Shown here piece after piece: positions 1 through 16,789 of a stretch of DNA of 64,000 nt (position 1 is the stretch's first letter; each line of letters starts with the position of its first letter). Source of the DNA: the human T2T-CHM13v2.0 reference genome, Homo sapiens. The notes under the pieces are model-generated. The model was not told the DNA's origin and made no database searches. It saw nothing but the letters and a program-made list of their open reading frames with translations. Both the position numbers and the translations under genes were made by a program. The DNA lies in NCBI RefSeq assembly GCF_009914755.1, contig NC_060936.1; one strand, 5' to 3'.

Positions 1-1842
1 ACCTTCCTTTGCCCCATCTTCTGCTTCTGGAATATTCTGGATTTGGAGAACATCAGTTACACATGAAGGGAGACATGAGGGAACCAAGTGGGTGGAGAGA
101 CAAGCAGAAATCTGTCTCTGCAAAGGCACCGTCTAGAGTCTCCTCGAACCCTTGGGGCAAACCCCATAGACCTTCCTTTATCTTCATCCTTCCTGGACAA
201 TCTCAGCAGCCGAGACCTCCTCCTCTCCATGCACAGTGCCCAGCCCCTCCTTCTCCCATTGCTGGACTCCATCCAGCTAGCCATGTTTGCTTCTGTGGAA
301 ATTTCCCCCACCCAAATTCTTCTCTGGCCCCAACTATCCTGGCCACGAAGGGAGAGTGAACTCTGTGTAGAACCAACTGAGCCTGCTGTGCAGAAGACAG
401 ACCTTGCCTACTTAGCAGGAGGGCAGAACCAACCTCCTCGCAGGCCCGGGTAGCCTCAGGTGCCCATTGCCAGGGAGCAAATGGTCAGGACCTCGGTGGC
501 ATTCTCCCTCTCTCTCAAGGACAGGAGGGTGACCATCTGGGCCTTGGCCAGAGTTCCATGGAGGAAGCCCCAGCCTTTTCTCTCCAGCAATGATGCCGTT
601 ATCAAAACCAGGAGTGGGAATTTGAATAAAAAGGAGAGGGGAGAGTCACCACCCCCCCCTCCCCACTGTGGTTTCCAGGCGACACGTCGTCTGTTGCGGT
701 CGCTGTCATACAATCCCTTTCCCCGTAAGACGGCGGGTCCCACAGGGAGAAGGGGTGAAGAGGAATATTTTATCAGCCGTGTACATATGTAACCAGAAAC
801 GGGGCTGAAAAGCAAAACCTCGTTTCCCTGAATAGGGGGAAGGAGGGAGGGGGTGGGGATGCTGGTGGAGGTGGCAGAAGGGACTTATCTCTAGGAGGTC
901 AACAGTGGGAACATGCGGTGACTGATTTCCACCCTCCGTCTTGTCAACGCGGGGAGCGTCTGCACAAACGGCTGTTTGGGGCACAAAGTTTAAAAGGCAT
1001 CTTGTTTTTGTATTTAGATATAAGAACCCAATATACATATCATAGGTGAAAGAAAAAAGAATAATAAATATTCTAAAACCATGCCAGAATGGGGTGGTTG
1101 AGTCTTTAGAGAATGGGACGCGAATTTCTCATTCATGGGCTACTTCTCACTCATGGTTTGAAGATTACTTTGCTCCTTTGGGGAAGAAACCCTAAGCACT
1201 GGGAAGCCTCCCTTCCTCTGTATTGAAGTCTCATGTTCATTCTACAACACGGGGCAGTGCGGCACTGGGCTGGAGAAAGTCCAGCTTCCCCGTCCAGGTC
1301 TGAGAAGCCTGGAGGCCTGGTCAGCATTAAATGTCCAAGCATGCAGGGCAGAAGAGATGATTTCATCTCTGCTCCAGAAAAGGCAGCCATCTCGCCCCTT
1401 CCCCACTGAGCACCATTCTCAGAGGACCTTAGCAATGAGTTAAAAGAAAACAATTGTGATGACACGCTAGCTTTGCCCAAGAGTTTAGTGCGAATGCAAC
1501 TAACCTTGCAGACAGTCACCAGCCCGCTTGCCTGGGGGAAGTGACCACTCACAAGGTACTTCACGAAGGAGGCTGGTTTATTTATGCCGCTTTGTTTATT
1601 GTGCTGGTTGGGGAAGTCTAGCGGGAGAAGGTGAACCCGTGCATTCTCTGGGAGGCATTTTTCTGGTGACTGGTCTGTAAGCCCATTTCCAAAGAACACT
1701 GCATGAAAATGATCAGATGTGAAGACAGCCATCCTGCAACCACTCTACCCAAATGCTCGGGTGGGGCTCCTGTTACTACTGGCTCATTCAAAAGTTTGGG
1801 ACGTTAGGAAATAAAAAAGTTAAGCAAAGAGGAATGGAGACA

Positions 1843-1885
1843 GAATGAGAGGGAGAGAAGAGGAGAAAGAGAGAGAGAGAGAGGT
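1843..1885 (+). repeat. GA-rich simple repeat
   Basis: gagagggagagaagaggagaaagagagagagagagagg. Confidence 0.8.
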
Positions 1886-2589
1886 GAGAAACGCAAGAAC
1901 CCATCTGGACCATGCATCACATTGAAATTGCCCCGCATTAAAAATTCACCAGCCAGTGAATTTTCAAGGGATTTGTAGTAATTAGATGACAAAATGCTGG
2001 CAAATCTCAGGCTTGCCAAAGATGTTACTCAGGGGTCAAAGACTCGACACTTTCGGCTGGGTAATTTGTAAGTGTCAATCACTCGCAGCCATCAGAGAGG
2101 ATGCAGCGATCTAACGGCTGCATTCTAACTAAGTCAGGCGAGCCCGCAGCCGGCCGGCTGCCAGCAAGCCCCCAGACCCCGCGGCCTGCTGCTGTCTGCC
2201 CCGCTCCCGGCTCGGGCACAGACAGCGGCTGCGGCCTCGCCAGGGACTTGGAGCCAGGAGGGCCGACCCGAGTTTCCAACTTCTAGTTTGATTTGATCCC
2301 CCTTTATTCTTTTTTGAAAGCTGCGGAGGCTTGCCAGGAGTTGAACTTCCCACCTTCGTGGAGGACAAAGTTCCCTGTTGTGCTGGTGCCATCAAAGGGT
2401 GACATGGGGCTCTCTGCATTTGTGCAGGGTGGCCATTTCAGTGTCAAGGAGACTAGGTTATCCTGCTTCGAGCTTCGTGATACTCAGCCCCTGGGACCTC
2501 AGTCTTCTGATCTGTGAAGTGGGGATAAGATGACTTACCTTGAAGGGTGGTGATGACTAAGGAGGGAGCCCGCGGCGCTCTCTGCCTAC

Positions 2590-2900
2590 AAACTCTCGTT
2601 CACTCCATATCCATGTGCCTTTGTCCAGGAGTCATTCTGGGCACTGGGGACTCAACAGAGACCAAGATAACACACCCCGCCCTCATGGAACATTCTAGTT
2701 GGGGAGGGAGGAGAAGCAATAAACAAATAAATATAAAGTATGTCAGAGGATGTTAAGTGCTAGGAAGAAAATCAAAGGAGCTGGGGACAGAGCGTGTTGG
2801 GGTGGTATTTTACACAGGATGGAAGGGAAGGCCTCTCTGATGAGGCCACATCTGAGCAGAGACCTGGAGAAAAGAAGGGGACAGAGAGCATAAGGGACTG
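2590..2900 (-). mobile_element. L2 fragment
   Basis: L2-typical motifs (cctcatggaacattctagtt, agggaaggcctctctgatgagg, tgagcagagacctg). Boundaries approximate. Confidence 0.6.
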
Positions 2901-3444
2901 CAAGGTGGCCCTAGTGGCTGAAGTGGAGCAGACAATTCTAATCACAATGAGAATTGTTACCATGAGGCTGGAGACCACTGGGCAAAGGCAGCAGGGATAT
3001 GGTGGGGGCTCGGCTCCAGAAGCCTTTGACACTTTGAAGCTTCAAGAAGCTGGACTCGTGTTGCCCAGCCTGATGACCCTGATAACCCCGATTCCAGAGC
3101 CCTATGAGGGCAGAGAAAGCACCCCGAGATGCCCACGTGTGGTGCCTGACCCTGTCTATGGGCCAGGGCTGACACTGGCGGGAGGGTCTCATTCCAGTTG
3201 CTGGCACTGATTGAAAGCGAGCTGCAAAAGGGACCAGTGAGCCTGAGGGGAAATTGATGCTGTCACAGCTGCAGCCGGCTGGGACTTCCTGGACCCCAGA
3301 CTGGAAGCTGTTTGTAAGATGATGGCCCCGTTTTCTCCCTCCCGCTCCGGCCCATCCGGGTATCTTTTGGAACTAACACTGACTTCAGAGTCAGATGGAC
3401 AGGGGTGGGGAGTGGGGGTGGATGGGCCTGAAGCCTGAGGCCTG

Positions 3445-3575
3445 AGTCTGTGGTTTCTGAGCTGTATGACCCTGGGCAAGTCACCACACCTCTCTGAGCC
3501 TCAATTGCTGCACCTGAAAAATGGGCATAAGAGCCTCCCTCACATGGTTATGGGCCAGTATTGTTAATGAGCATC
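3445..3575 (+). mobile_element. MIR
   Basis: Core tgaccctgggcaagtcac...ctctgagcctc...aaaatggg. Confidence 0.7.
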
Positions 3576-5072
3576 TGGGGGAGGGCAGATTCTCAAAAGT
3601 AGCACTTCCAACCCCCCTATAACTAAAGATGATCACACCCCTGGCTATCACAATCAAAGCAAGAATTCTGCAGCTGAACCACACATTAGGGAAATGGACC
3701 AGGGGGCAAATTGCTGCTCTAAAAGATAAGGAGCTGCAATAGGATGTCTTTGTGCGGTTTGCTGTTCAGTTTGCAAAATAAATGTCCCAAAGTGGGATCT
3801 CTGTGCGGTGTCTTTTTTCGTATTTGGGGAATGCTTGTCTTGGAGCCAGGGCCAGTGTTTGTAAATCACTTTCTCCTTTGAGTTCTTCCTGGCCATTTCA
3901 TATTTTTGTGTGTGTGGTGGGGGCAGGGCACAGTGTGGGGTATATTTGCTTCCCCTCACCCGCCTCCTTCCTGGGCCGGGGTCTCCATCCCAGCCAGCCT
4001 TTGCTGCAGGTTTAACTGGGCTGTGAAACTACTCAAGGGGAAAATGAGAAACTACCCAGTGTTTCACGGGAGGCAACGGGCTGGGCCTTCCGAGCTCTGA
4101 TGGCAAAACCTCTCCAGCCGCCAGCCATGGATGCAGAGAGCCCCTGGATTCCCTCCGACCAGGGGGCACGTGTTCCCTGCCCCCACTGAATCCTCGTGGT
4201 GCTTCCCCACATCAGGAAGGCGACAAGGCCCACTTGAGATGCAAATAAAAATTAGCAGCGGTGGCAAGCTGGCCCATCTATTCCCCATGGCCCCTCATGA
4301 ATATCGCTCGTCTTTGCAGTTTAGATGGGGAAATTTCGAGCTGACCTAGCATCTGCTTAAGAATCGATGGGACCAAGAATAGGAATGTAAATAATAAGAA
4401 CAGGCAGCACGCCAGTGGTGGCTGTTTATTGAGCACTTACTATGTGTAGGCCCTGTGTTGAGGGGCCCTGGACAAGCTTCCTCCCGGTCATCCTCAGGGC
4501 AGCTGTAGCATGACTGTCACCTCATCAGCGAGGCCGTGCCTGGGTCCCGAGTGAGGGCGCTCCCTGACTGATGCGGTGCCTGCCCCTTGCTCTGACGACA
4601 TTGCAGCACCCTCTGCCTGACATTACGTTCTGACTTGCGGAATGTCTGTCTCTGGGAGTGAGATGTGAGCTTCAGCGGGGCGGGGCTTTCTGTCTGTTCT
4701 CTTCACCGCGGTATCCCCAGTGCCTAGAACAGGGCTTGGCACTTAGGTGCCTTTCAATACACACTTACCAAATAAGTGGATCCCCACTTTATAGAGACGG
4801 AACGAGGGCCACGAGGATCCCAGGGGTAGGTGGGCAGGGCTGGATCTCGGCCACAGTGCAGGGCCATGGGCCACCTTCTGCCCACCCACTCCTGGACATG
4901 TCCTTTAGCATTTAACATTTGATCAGGAGAGGGGGCGCTCACCCAACCTACACCCTGTTTCCTCACAATTCAAACCTTTCCCTTCTGGCTGACTCACACC
5001 TTCCAGCAAAGGGCCGGGTGACCGCACAAGCTGGGAGAAGATGCTCAGAGTATGCTTTTGAAGCTCATCTCT

Positions 5073-5399
<327 letters not shown>

Positions 5400-5717
5400 T
5401 GAAGCTCATCTCTTGATGGGCTCTGACTTCCATAGGCTGAGTGGTGCAGACAGAGGCCCCGCCCGCCGGGAGCCCCCTGCCAGGAGCACATGCAGGCGTG
5501 GAAGGGACCATCCCAAAGTTATGGTGTGCTGTGGTCAAGGGTGTAGGCCCTGGAGCCAGATTCCCTGACTTCTAAGCCTAGTCCTGCCACTTAGAAGCTG
5601 TGTGGTCTTGGGCACTCCACGACACCTCTCTGTGCCTTGTTTCCTTGTCTGGAAAAAGAGGAGAACGCTAGTATCTGTTTCAAAGGCTGAAAGAGTTCAT
5701 TCACCTAGAAGACTTAG

Positions 5718-6121
<404 letters not shown>

Positions 6122-6393
6122 TAGGGAAGGGAAACTGAGACTGATCAGTCCTGAGCTGCCCCCAGCCTGACCGTGTGCCGAAAACACTGCTCCGTCAGAG
6201 TCCCAGTGGTGCTGTCTCATTTTCCTGGGGCCACTCCAGGTCTAACACCCAGCCCGCTGTCAGCAGTGGCCTTGGGAAAGCCCTGATGCCTTGTCTCCCT
6301 GGGCCCCTCTGCACAAGACTTGATCAAGATGTCCTGGCTGGAGGCGTCGACACCAACGCAGCTTGTCTATGATGAAGGCAGACAACCTGCTCA

Positions 6394-6747
<354 letters not shown>

Positions 6748-9700
6748 TTAAAACTACCTTTTATGTCATCCCACATCAGAAAAACAGGCAGTGTGGCTGG
6801 GGAGGGGGCCTAGAGGGCACTGAATCCATGTCCTGGCTACTGTTTGGATGAGTAAAGGCAGTGCCTGGTGCTTTCTGAAGGCCAAGGCTAAGCTCGGGAT
6901 GACCACGGAACTGTATGTCTGTGGCTTGCTGTCCCCTTCCACATGCGGGTGCACACACAAACACACACGTCCAACAGGGCCCCAGGTATGCCCCGACCTT
7001 GGCATTCTCAATCCTCCATAATCTTTGGAACCGTCTGCTCCCCCCACTAGCCTGTGGCTCCCCCTGTGACCAGGGGCTGTGTCCACCCTCTTCCCCATGG
7101 AAGCTAAGGCCAGGCCCAGCAGGGAAATGTGCTAGTCAATGTCTGTTCTGACGAATGAACAAATGCACTAGGCTCTCTGTCACCGGCCTTCAGCTGGGGG
7201 TCCAGTCTTGGGGCTGGAAGCCAGAGACACCCGGCAGGAATGCCACGCCAGCTTATTCCAAGCCGTTTGGCACTGAGAAGCCCCCGGAGCAGCCTTGCGC
7301 CTCAGTTTCCTCAACTGTAAAATGAGGGAGACAGCAGTACCCATGGGGCTGTGGGGAGGATTCCATAAAGGAGTGATGGATTCAATTTATCATTGAATCC
7401 CCAGGACCTCGAATTTAGCTCTCAAAGAAGGCTGGTTACCATCTTTAAGATGCAATCCCCAGCCCGAGAACCTGTCCAAGATGTGCCTGGATGGATGCAG
7501 CGTCTTCTGATTTGAGCCCCACGTTTCTCCCGTCCCTACTCTGGGTTGACCATTGTCCCCAATGGAAGGGAATCTTTTGAAGGCGGAGAAGCTGTCCTCT
7601 CCTGGAGCTGGGCTGCAGCAGACACCATGAGTGGGAGCATGCAGCTGCTTCTGGGAACCGATCGCGTCTTAACAGCTAGGGACACCAAGACGGCACCAGG
7701 AAAATAAAGGATTCGGTATGATTGATTCTCTGCAAATCCCCCCATCAGCTCCTGCTAAAAACCCAACGCTCCTTCCGGTGCGGGAGGGAGGGGAAGTTCT
7801 CTCAGCCACCAGCAGCCTGCAGCTGGGGGCTGGAGGGAGAGGTCCAGTTTCCAGAGCCTTCCATTGCTTTCTCCAATGGGCAGGAGCACATGTCTGTATT
7901 TAAGACATCAGGTAAAGACTGACCCAGCCGGCTGAGGGGTACAGCGCCAGGTGGAGAGCACAGACCCCAGAATCAGGCCGCCTGGTTGTAACCCTGGCTC
8001 AACCATGAGCTGTGTGGTCTTGAGCAAGTGATGGGCCCTCTCTGGGCTCCTGCTTCCTCATGGGAGATAAGGATGGCAATAATGGTACCCATCTTGTGCG
8101 ATGGCGTGAGGGTTGAATGAGTTAACCCATGGCTAGCACAATGATGACAATCACATGTCAGAGTAGTGGATGAACCAAGACTTCAATGGGGGAGGTGGAG
8201 GGAAGGAGGAAAGCGACCCTCATCCAATGCCCACGGTGTGCAGGGGCCTTTCTACCTCCCATTTCAGTCTCCTGGCCTCACCCTACAGATGGGGACGTGC
8301 TCAGGGAGGCACAGTGCTTGCCTGAGTCACACAGCCGGGAGGCGACACGCCCGGGTGCGCTCAGTTAATCCTCGGAGATGAGTGTTCCTCTCATGCCCGT
8401 TTTACAGAGGAGGAAACTGAGGCACAGAACAACCCTGAGGTAACCGCCCTGAGGTCACAGAGCTTGTAAGCAGTAGAGGCAGATTTTCACCCAGCACTCT
8501 GGCTGGTTCCCATGAAACCGTACACAATTCAGACTTGCAGCTGGTTCTGCTGAGATTGAGCCTATTGCTCACAGGAAGTGCTCAGAACAGGGCTGGGTGC
8601 CACCCTCGACTCTCAGGGCCCCGAGCTCTCAGGGTGCTTTCTCTCCTGGACCATGGCCCCAGGAGTCTCACCCCTCCTGGAGCACTCTGCCCAGAGAACT
8701 CATCTCTCCTGGGATCCCCAGTCGGACCCCACAACTGCAGAGAGAGGCACTGGCTCTCAGCCGGGATGGAGAAGAGACCCGCAGGGCTCTCACGTTCCTG
8801 ATGCCAACCAAAACACTAGGGTGGGCATCAGACATCCCTGAAAGCCTGCAGCCCTTTCCTCAGCCCTGCCTGGGACCGACAGCTGCCTCCTTCTACCCTG
8901 AGCAAGCCCATCAGCCCCTGGCCCCTCGTCACACTGCAGGGGTTTTTGAACCATTCCCTTGGGCTACACATGCTCTGTGCCAGGGCTTAGAGCCTGCTGC
9001 CGGTGAGGGGACCCCCGCTCCCCAGGCTGTTTGGCAGCCCCTCCAGTGAGTGAGCAGGCGACCACGGCCACCTTGTTGCCTGTGGCTCTGCTGTCGGGTT
9101 TTCTAATTCTGGTCACATCATGCCCACACCTGCCCGCCGCCCGCCGCTGCCACTCTCCTTCCCCAGACCCAGTTTGGGGTGAAAGCCTTGCTTATTAGTC
9201 AATCTGGATCTCACTTACTGTGAATTACCAGGCCTCATTGATATTCATGAGTCGTCACATCTGAAACCTCAGTCAGCTGCCACGTGACTCCCTGCCTCGG
9301 GGAGGAGGCCGGTCTGAGGACAGGGGCACCTGTGCAGCCCTGACCCAAGACGTCGGCCCCCAGATGGGGACAGTTCAGTGTCCTGGGAGCAGCCCCCGGC
9401 TGATAGTGTTCCATCCTGGGACTGGAGGCGCCAGCAGGGCTTTCCAGCAGGGCAGGTAATGGAGAAGAGGGGCTGGGGGCTGGGGTTGGAGGGCAGCTGG
9501 CAGCCACGCACTCAGTTCTCACTGCTGCACCTTTGCACAGGCCGCTCCTCCCTCCTGAACCTCCTCTTCCCTTTGCTCAGCTGCCTCCTACTCTCCCTTG
9601 ACTGGAAAATCACTTCTTAGAGAAACCTGCTCATTGTCCCTCTGAAGGAGGCCCCCCAGCATCCTTCTCTCATGGCACCCTGCACTGTCCCTGCACACAC

Positions 9701-10066
9701 ATTACACAGGCGCCACTGGCTGTCATTTTAAGTCTGGATGTGTGGGGATGACTCCCATGGGGACCTGGATGTGGATCCTTGGCTTACCAACCAGTGCCTG
9801 GCACTGGGCAGCATTAAGCAAAACTTGGTGGAATGAATGGTTTATGTGTTTCCTGCAAACAAGGCACTCTGCGGTGGCTCAACACTCATCTCTTGGGTCT
9901 TCCTAACACCTCTGTGAAGGAATGGACACGTTATCCCTGTTTTCTGATGAGGAAGCAGATGCAGAGATGTGGGAATTGGGAAGGAGAATCCTGGCTGGGG
10001 TGATTTTCTAGCCTGTGCTTCCAGATTAAAGGGAGAAGTTTGACCTGTCACTCCTAAGGGACTGGG

Positions 10067-10379
10067 TTTTTCTTTTTTCTTTTCCTTTTTTTTTTTTGAG
10101 ACAAGAGTCTCACTGTGTTGCCCAGGCTGGAGTGCAGTGGTACGATCTCAGTCACTGCAACCTCTGCCTCCTGGATTCAAGTGATTCTCCTGCCTCAGCC
10201 TCCCAAGTAGCTGAGACTATAGGCACCCACCACCATGGCCGGCTAATTTTTGTATTTTTAGTAGAGACAGGGTTTCACCATGTTAACCAGGCTGGTCTTG
10301 AACTCCCGACCTCAGGTGATCCACCCGCCTCAGCCTCTCAAAGTGCTAGGGTTACAGGCGTGAGCCACCATGCCTGGCC
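10067..10379 (-). mobile_element. Alu (AluS)
   Basis: Poly-T tail and two arms. Confidence 0.95.
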
Positions 10380-11919
10380 AGGGCCTGGGTTTCTTGGAAG
10401 CACTGGAATCTCATCTTGAGGGGCCAACGGCTTCTGCTCCAGAAGCCAGGACTCTCAGGCAAGATGCAATCAAAGTAAAAACAGCAATCAACTCAGAAAA
10501 TACAAACGTTGACTGCACCCCTTCCCAGCCACCATCCCGCCTCGTTTTGAAAACTGCTTTACTGAGTTGGTTGGGTGGGCGAGGGGAGAGTTATGAATAC
10601 ACTATTCTTCTAAGTAGATCACCTACCTAACCAGAGAGAAGAGAGACTGAAGAATGGGGACTGCTTTTAAGACACCAGGAAGTTAAAAATCTGGGCTTCT
10701 CTGGGCAGGAACAAGGACGAGTTGGTTTTTCATCTCCCCCCAGAAATGAGGCCGCCCCAGCTGGGTGGCAAGGCAGGGTGGGGCAGCTTGCCCCTGATTC
10801 AGGGCTCCACAGCGAGGGCAGGGAGGCCTAGGGAATTGGAGAGGAAGCAGAATGCAGAGAAATGAGGCTAAATCCAAAACTCAGATTTCTAAATTCAAAG
10901 GTTTCCCAGGGAAAATGGGGTTTGAAATGACTGAGTCTTGGGAACCAGAATGAACTAGATCCGGCTGTTGAAGAGCCCTGGGGGCACATTTTAAACCGGG
11001 GATGGGCACCATTTCCAATCCACACGGCGGCCAATCTGAGCAGGCCGGCAGAGCGAATGAACGTGTGGGCACGTGCAGGGTCTGCTACGGAGGAGGTGGG
11101 TGGGGGGAAGGAGGGGGGCCCGGTTTGCCATCTGCCCTGGCAGGGAAGGAGGGATTGGCCTTGAGCTGGCTGGGCTGGCTTCCCTTCCTTAAAGATGATT
11201 GGGACTGGAGGCTGCCTGGTCCGAGGGAACCTGTCAGTGACCTCTGGGTGGTCCTGGGATCCACCTGGCTGTGATGATCAAGCTGGTTGGACCACAGTGA
11301 GGGAGAAAGACAAAGAGCACAGACCCTTTTGGCAGGAGGGAATTAATTCACTGGCCCACTCACACCCGGGGCGTGGGGAGCGCCATCTGGGTCCCTTGGC
11401 AGCACAAATACCCCTGAAGTCGGAAGACAACCATGGGTGAGGCTGAGCTCACCTGCTGGCCAGAACTTTCCTGGTTTTGGCAATGACAAGTCTCTGAATG
11501 CTCCGTTTCTCAAGGGGACAGTCTAGGGACTACCTGCACGCTAGCAAACACTTAGTGGGTGCCTCTCGCTTGTGGACGCTACTGTGAATAAGGCATGGTT
11601 TCTGTCTTCAAATTGCTGGCAGCAGGGTGACAGAGCACACAGACTCTACAGTGCAGTGAGGGAAGTACCCTACGGCAGTGACAAGCCCTACAGAGGACCA
11701 GAGGGAGAGCACCTGTCTTGGGTGGTCAGTGGACTGCTCAGAGGGAGTGATGTCTAGACCTCAAGGATGAGCAGGTGGTAACTAGGGAAGTGGGGTGAGG
11801 GAAAGGGGAGAGGGAGGCTGTCCCACTAATCTAGGCAGCACATGGGGGCTGGCACAAAGATGGTGCCCAAGGAAAATGATGGATACAAGATATATTTAAG
11901 AGGTATGTGCGAGAGAGAC

Positions 11920-12380
11920 TGTATTCATGGTCCCAGTTTTTTGTCCCTTTCCAGCCCAAAACCATGCCTTCTGATAGACCCCTCCCTTGCTGACTTGAAG
12001 CTCCACCATGAGACTTGCTTTGACCAATGGGGCAAGTAGCAAACTTGGCACAAGAGGCTTTGAATAAACTCTTCCTCTCTGGCTCCTCTGCCTCACCCAT
12101 GAAAAGATGCCTAGCCTGGCCATTTGGAGGATGAGAGAGCACTGAGTCAGTTCAGCCTGAAGCCAGGCCAGACAAGGAGACAGCTCTGAGATACAGAAGA
12201 GTCCAGCCAAGATCTGCAAAGCCACCTCATTAACCTGCAGCTGAGGGCAGAGGCGTGAATGAGCAACCTGGACAAAGACTGCCCACCTCACCTACAGACT
12301 CCTGAGCTAAATAAGCATGTAATGTTTTAAGCCACTGAGTCTTGTGATTGTTCATTAAGCAGCAACAGATAACTAATACA
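11920..12380 (+). mobile_element. MLT1-family MaLR LTR
   Basis: gacttgctttgaccaatg, tttaagccactgag and terminal agataactaataca. Confidence 0.7.
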
Positions 12381-12389
12381 AGATGGAAC

Positions 12390-12760
12390 TGGCAGAGCTT
12401 GTGTATGTAACAGGTATTTAAGTCTACGACTTTTCCTCTAGGCATAGCTTTAGCTGTCATCAGAACCATGAATGTTTCTATTACTGCTGTTTTTAGTAGA
12501 TATTATGCAATTTCAGTGTATTTTTTGACTCAAGTTCTTTGAGAGTTTTAATTTATAAGAGCTTTTCTTTCCCCTGTTTTGATACAAATTTCTACTTTTA
12601 TTGCATGTAGTCAAAGGATGTAATCAATATTATTTCCTCTTTCTGGAATGTATTGAGGTTTTCTTTGGTAGCCTTATAGATGGTGCTCTTTTATACATGT
12701 TCCCATGATTGTTTGAAAGGAGGTACATTACATTCTATGTTTACAGCAAAGAATCTGATT
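12390..12760. mobile_element. Old L1 fragment (probable)
   Basis: Sharply AT/T-rich, L1M-like composition. Not aligned. Confidence 0.45.
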
Positions 12761-12834
12761 CCTGAAGGCAGAAAATATACATGTACACTTCACAATGGTG
12801 GATCCCAAACTGGGATACAGACAAATCGCAGGGG

Positions 12835-13552
<718 letters not shown>

Positions 13553-14884
13553 TGGGGGTAGGGGAGAAGGTGCCTGGTTCAATACAGAGTCTTAAGACTC
13601 AACCTCATTAGTATTAATTCATTTGGTACAAGGAGGGCCTGGTAATTGGGATTTTACCCCCTTCCATCCCAACCATAGCCAGGTTCCTATGAACCAAAGA
13701 AAGTCACTGACTGTTCTTTGAATAACATTATGCTTTATCTTTGATTGTTTATTGCTTTCGTAGACAGAGAAAGGGCCCTTAAAGTCTCTTGACTCCTCCC
13801 ACTAATAGCCTTGTGAATTTGGGCAAGGCATGCCATCTCTCTGCACCGGTTTCACTTGTCAAATGGGGACAACAACCCCATCAATTCTGGCTGTCGTGAG
13901 AACTCCCTGGCTTATAGTGCCTGGCCCAGAGTAAGGCTCAGTAATTGTGACCACTGCTGCTATGATGGCCTTGGATTCCCGTGTTTGTTCGTTAGGTTCC
14001 GATGCCGGAACTGGCTTTCAGGCCTCTGCTTAAAAGACAATGACCTTCTGTCTCTTGCAATGAGTTAGCATTTACAGTTGAAATGGGGCTCAGCACCCAC
14101 CCACGTAGTCAGTCTTCAGCAAACCAGACATGTTTCTAGATTTTATATACATATGATGTAAGCTCACTCATTAAGCAAATATTCTTTAGCTCAGACTATG
14201 TGTCCTGTGCTGTGCGGCTGCAAGTCATGGTCCCGCCTGAAGGTAGCCTTGCCCTCAGCTGAACCCTGTCCCCGAGATGCCTTCTCTACCTATTCCCATT
14301 CCCTGCAACTCACTCCAGGCCCCCTGGAGTGGTACCTGCCCCACTCTCAGGAACATGCTTTGAAGTTATGCTTTCATAGTTCCAGAGTCCACAAGTCTGA
14401 AATCCAGGTGTGAGCACGGCTATGCTCCCCTGGAGGCTCTAGAGGATACTTCCTCGGCCCTTCCAGCTTCTGGTGGCTCCTGGCGTTCCTGGCCTTGGCT
14501 GCCTCGCTCTGGCCTCTGCCTTCTCTACCCATCATCAGAACCTACCCACTCTGCTACAACCACGGCTTCAAAGTCAGCCAGGGAGAGAACAGGTCGGGCT
14601 TCGTGGGGTGAGGGTGTTGTTTCTGCAGAGGTGGTGGAGGGCCGGCCACAAGGTTATCTATAAAAGTAACCAGAAGGTCCGCTAGAGGAATGCTTTTCCT
14701 GGGAGTGTGGGCTGCGGGGGCGTGTCCCTGAGTGTCAGGGTGTGGAGGGAGAGGAGGTGGCAGCTTCACAGGCAGCTGGGCATGGCTGCTCTCCTGCTCT
14801 TGGACCTTCAGGGGCTCTCTGCTGCCCTCAGGGTAAGTCCACCTCTCAGGGTAACCCCTACTCACCTCCTGGGACACAGTTTAG

Positions 14885-15474
<590 letters not shown>

Positions 15475-15569
15475 TGATTGCTGGATCCCTGGCCGCCAGT
15501 TCAGGGCTGGCCAATAGGAGGTGCTCATTAAATGCTTGTAGAGCAAGGAAAGGGGACTCAGATGGTCTG

Positions 15570-16135
<566 letters not shown>

Positions 16136-16432
16136 CTGCCCTATCAGAGAAAGCCTTTCTGAAGATCTGCGGAAAAGAAGGACGTTAGGGAAAAGCCAGC
16201 CTCTGTGTAGGCAACACTCCGAGGGTGCACTTGGTCAGACACGAGTGAATCTACACATGGGGCAAACTTGATGCCTTATTCCCCCAGCCCCCAAAATTGG
16301 CATTTTGTCTTAATGTGTAAGCAACAAGATCCACATGTTACTTTGGAGTTTTTCACTGACAACCAGCACTAGTGTCTAACACAGTGGGTTAAGAAAAGTG
16401 GGTTAACTTTTCTTGGTTTAAGAATGTGATGA

Positions 16433-16749
16433 GGCCAGGCATAGTGGCTCACACCTGTAATGCCAGAACTTTGGGAAGCCACGGCAGGAGGACTGCTTGA
16501 GCCCAGGAGTTTGAGGCCAGCCTGGGCAACATAGGGAGACCCCTTCCCTAAAAAAAATTAAAAAATTAGCCGAGCATGGTGGTGCATGCCTGTAGTCCCA
16601 GCTACTCAGAAGGCTGAGGCAAGAGGATGACTTGAGCCTGGGAGGTTGAGGCTGCAGTAAGCCATGATCACACTACTGCACTCCGGCCTGGGTGACACAG
16701 CAAGACCCTGTCTCAAAAAAAAAAAAAAAAGAAAAAAGAAAAAAAAAAA
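16433..16749 (+). mobile_element. Alu (AluJ-like)
   Basis: Two arms and a long A tail. Confidence 0.93.
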
Positions 16750-16789
16750 CCCCAAAAATCTGATGAACACATTAGATTCATGAGTCTTT

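Noticed and set aside
4241-4267. 14-mer AGCAGCGGTGGCAA (with adjacent GCAAATAAAAA) shared with 59248-59268
   Set aside because: Several 14-mer matches are expected by chance in 64 kb, and there is no extended homology.
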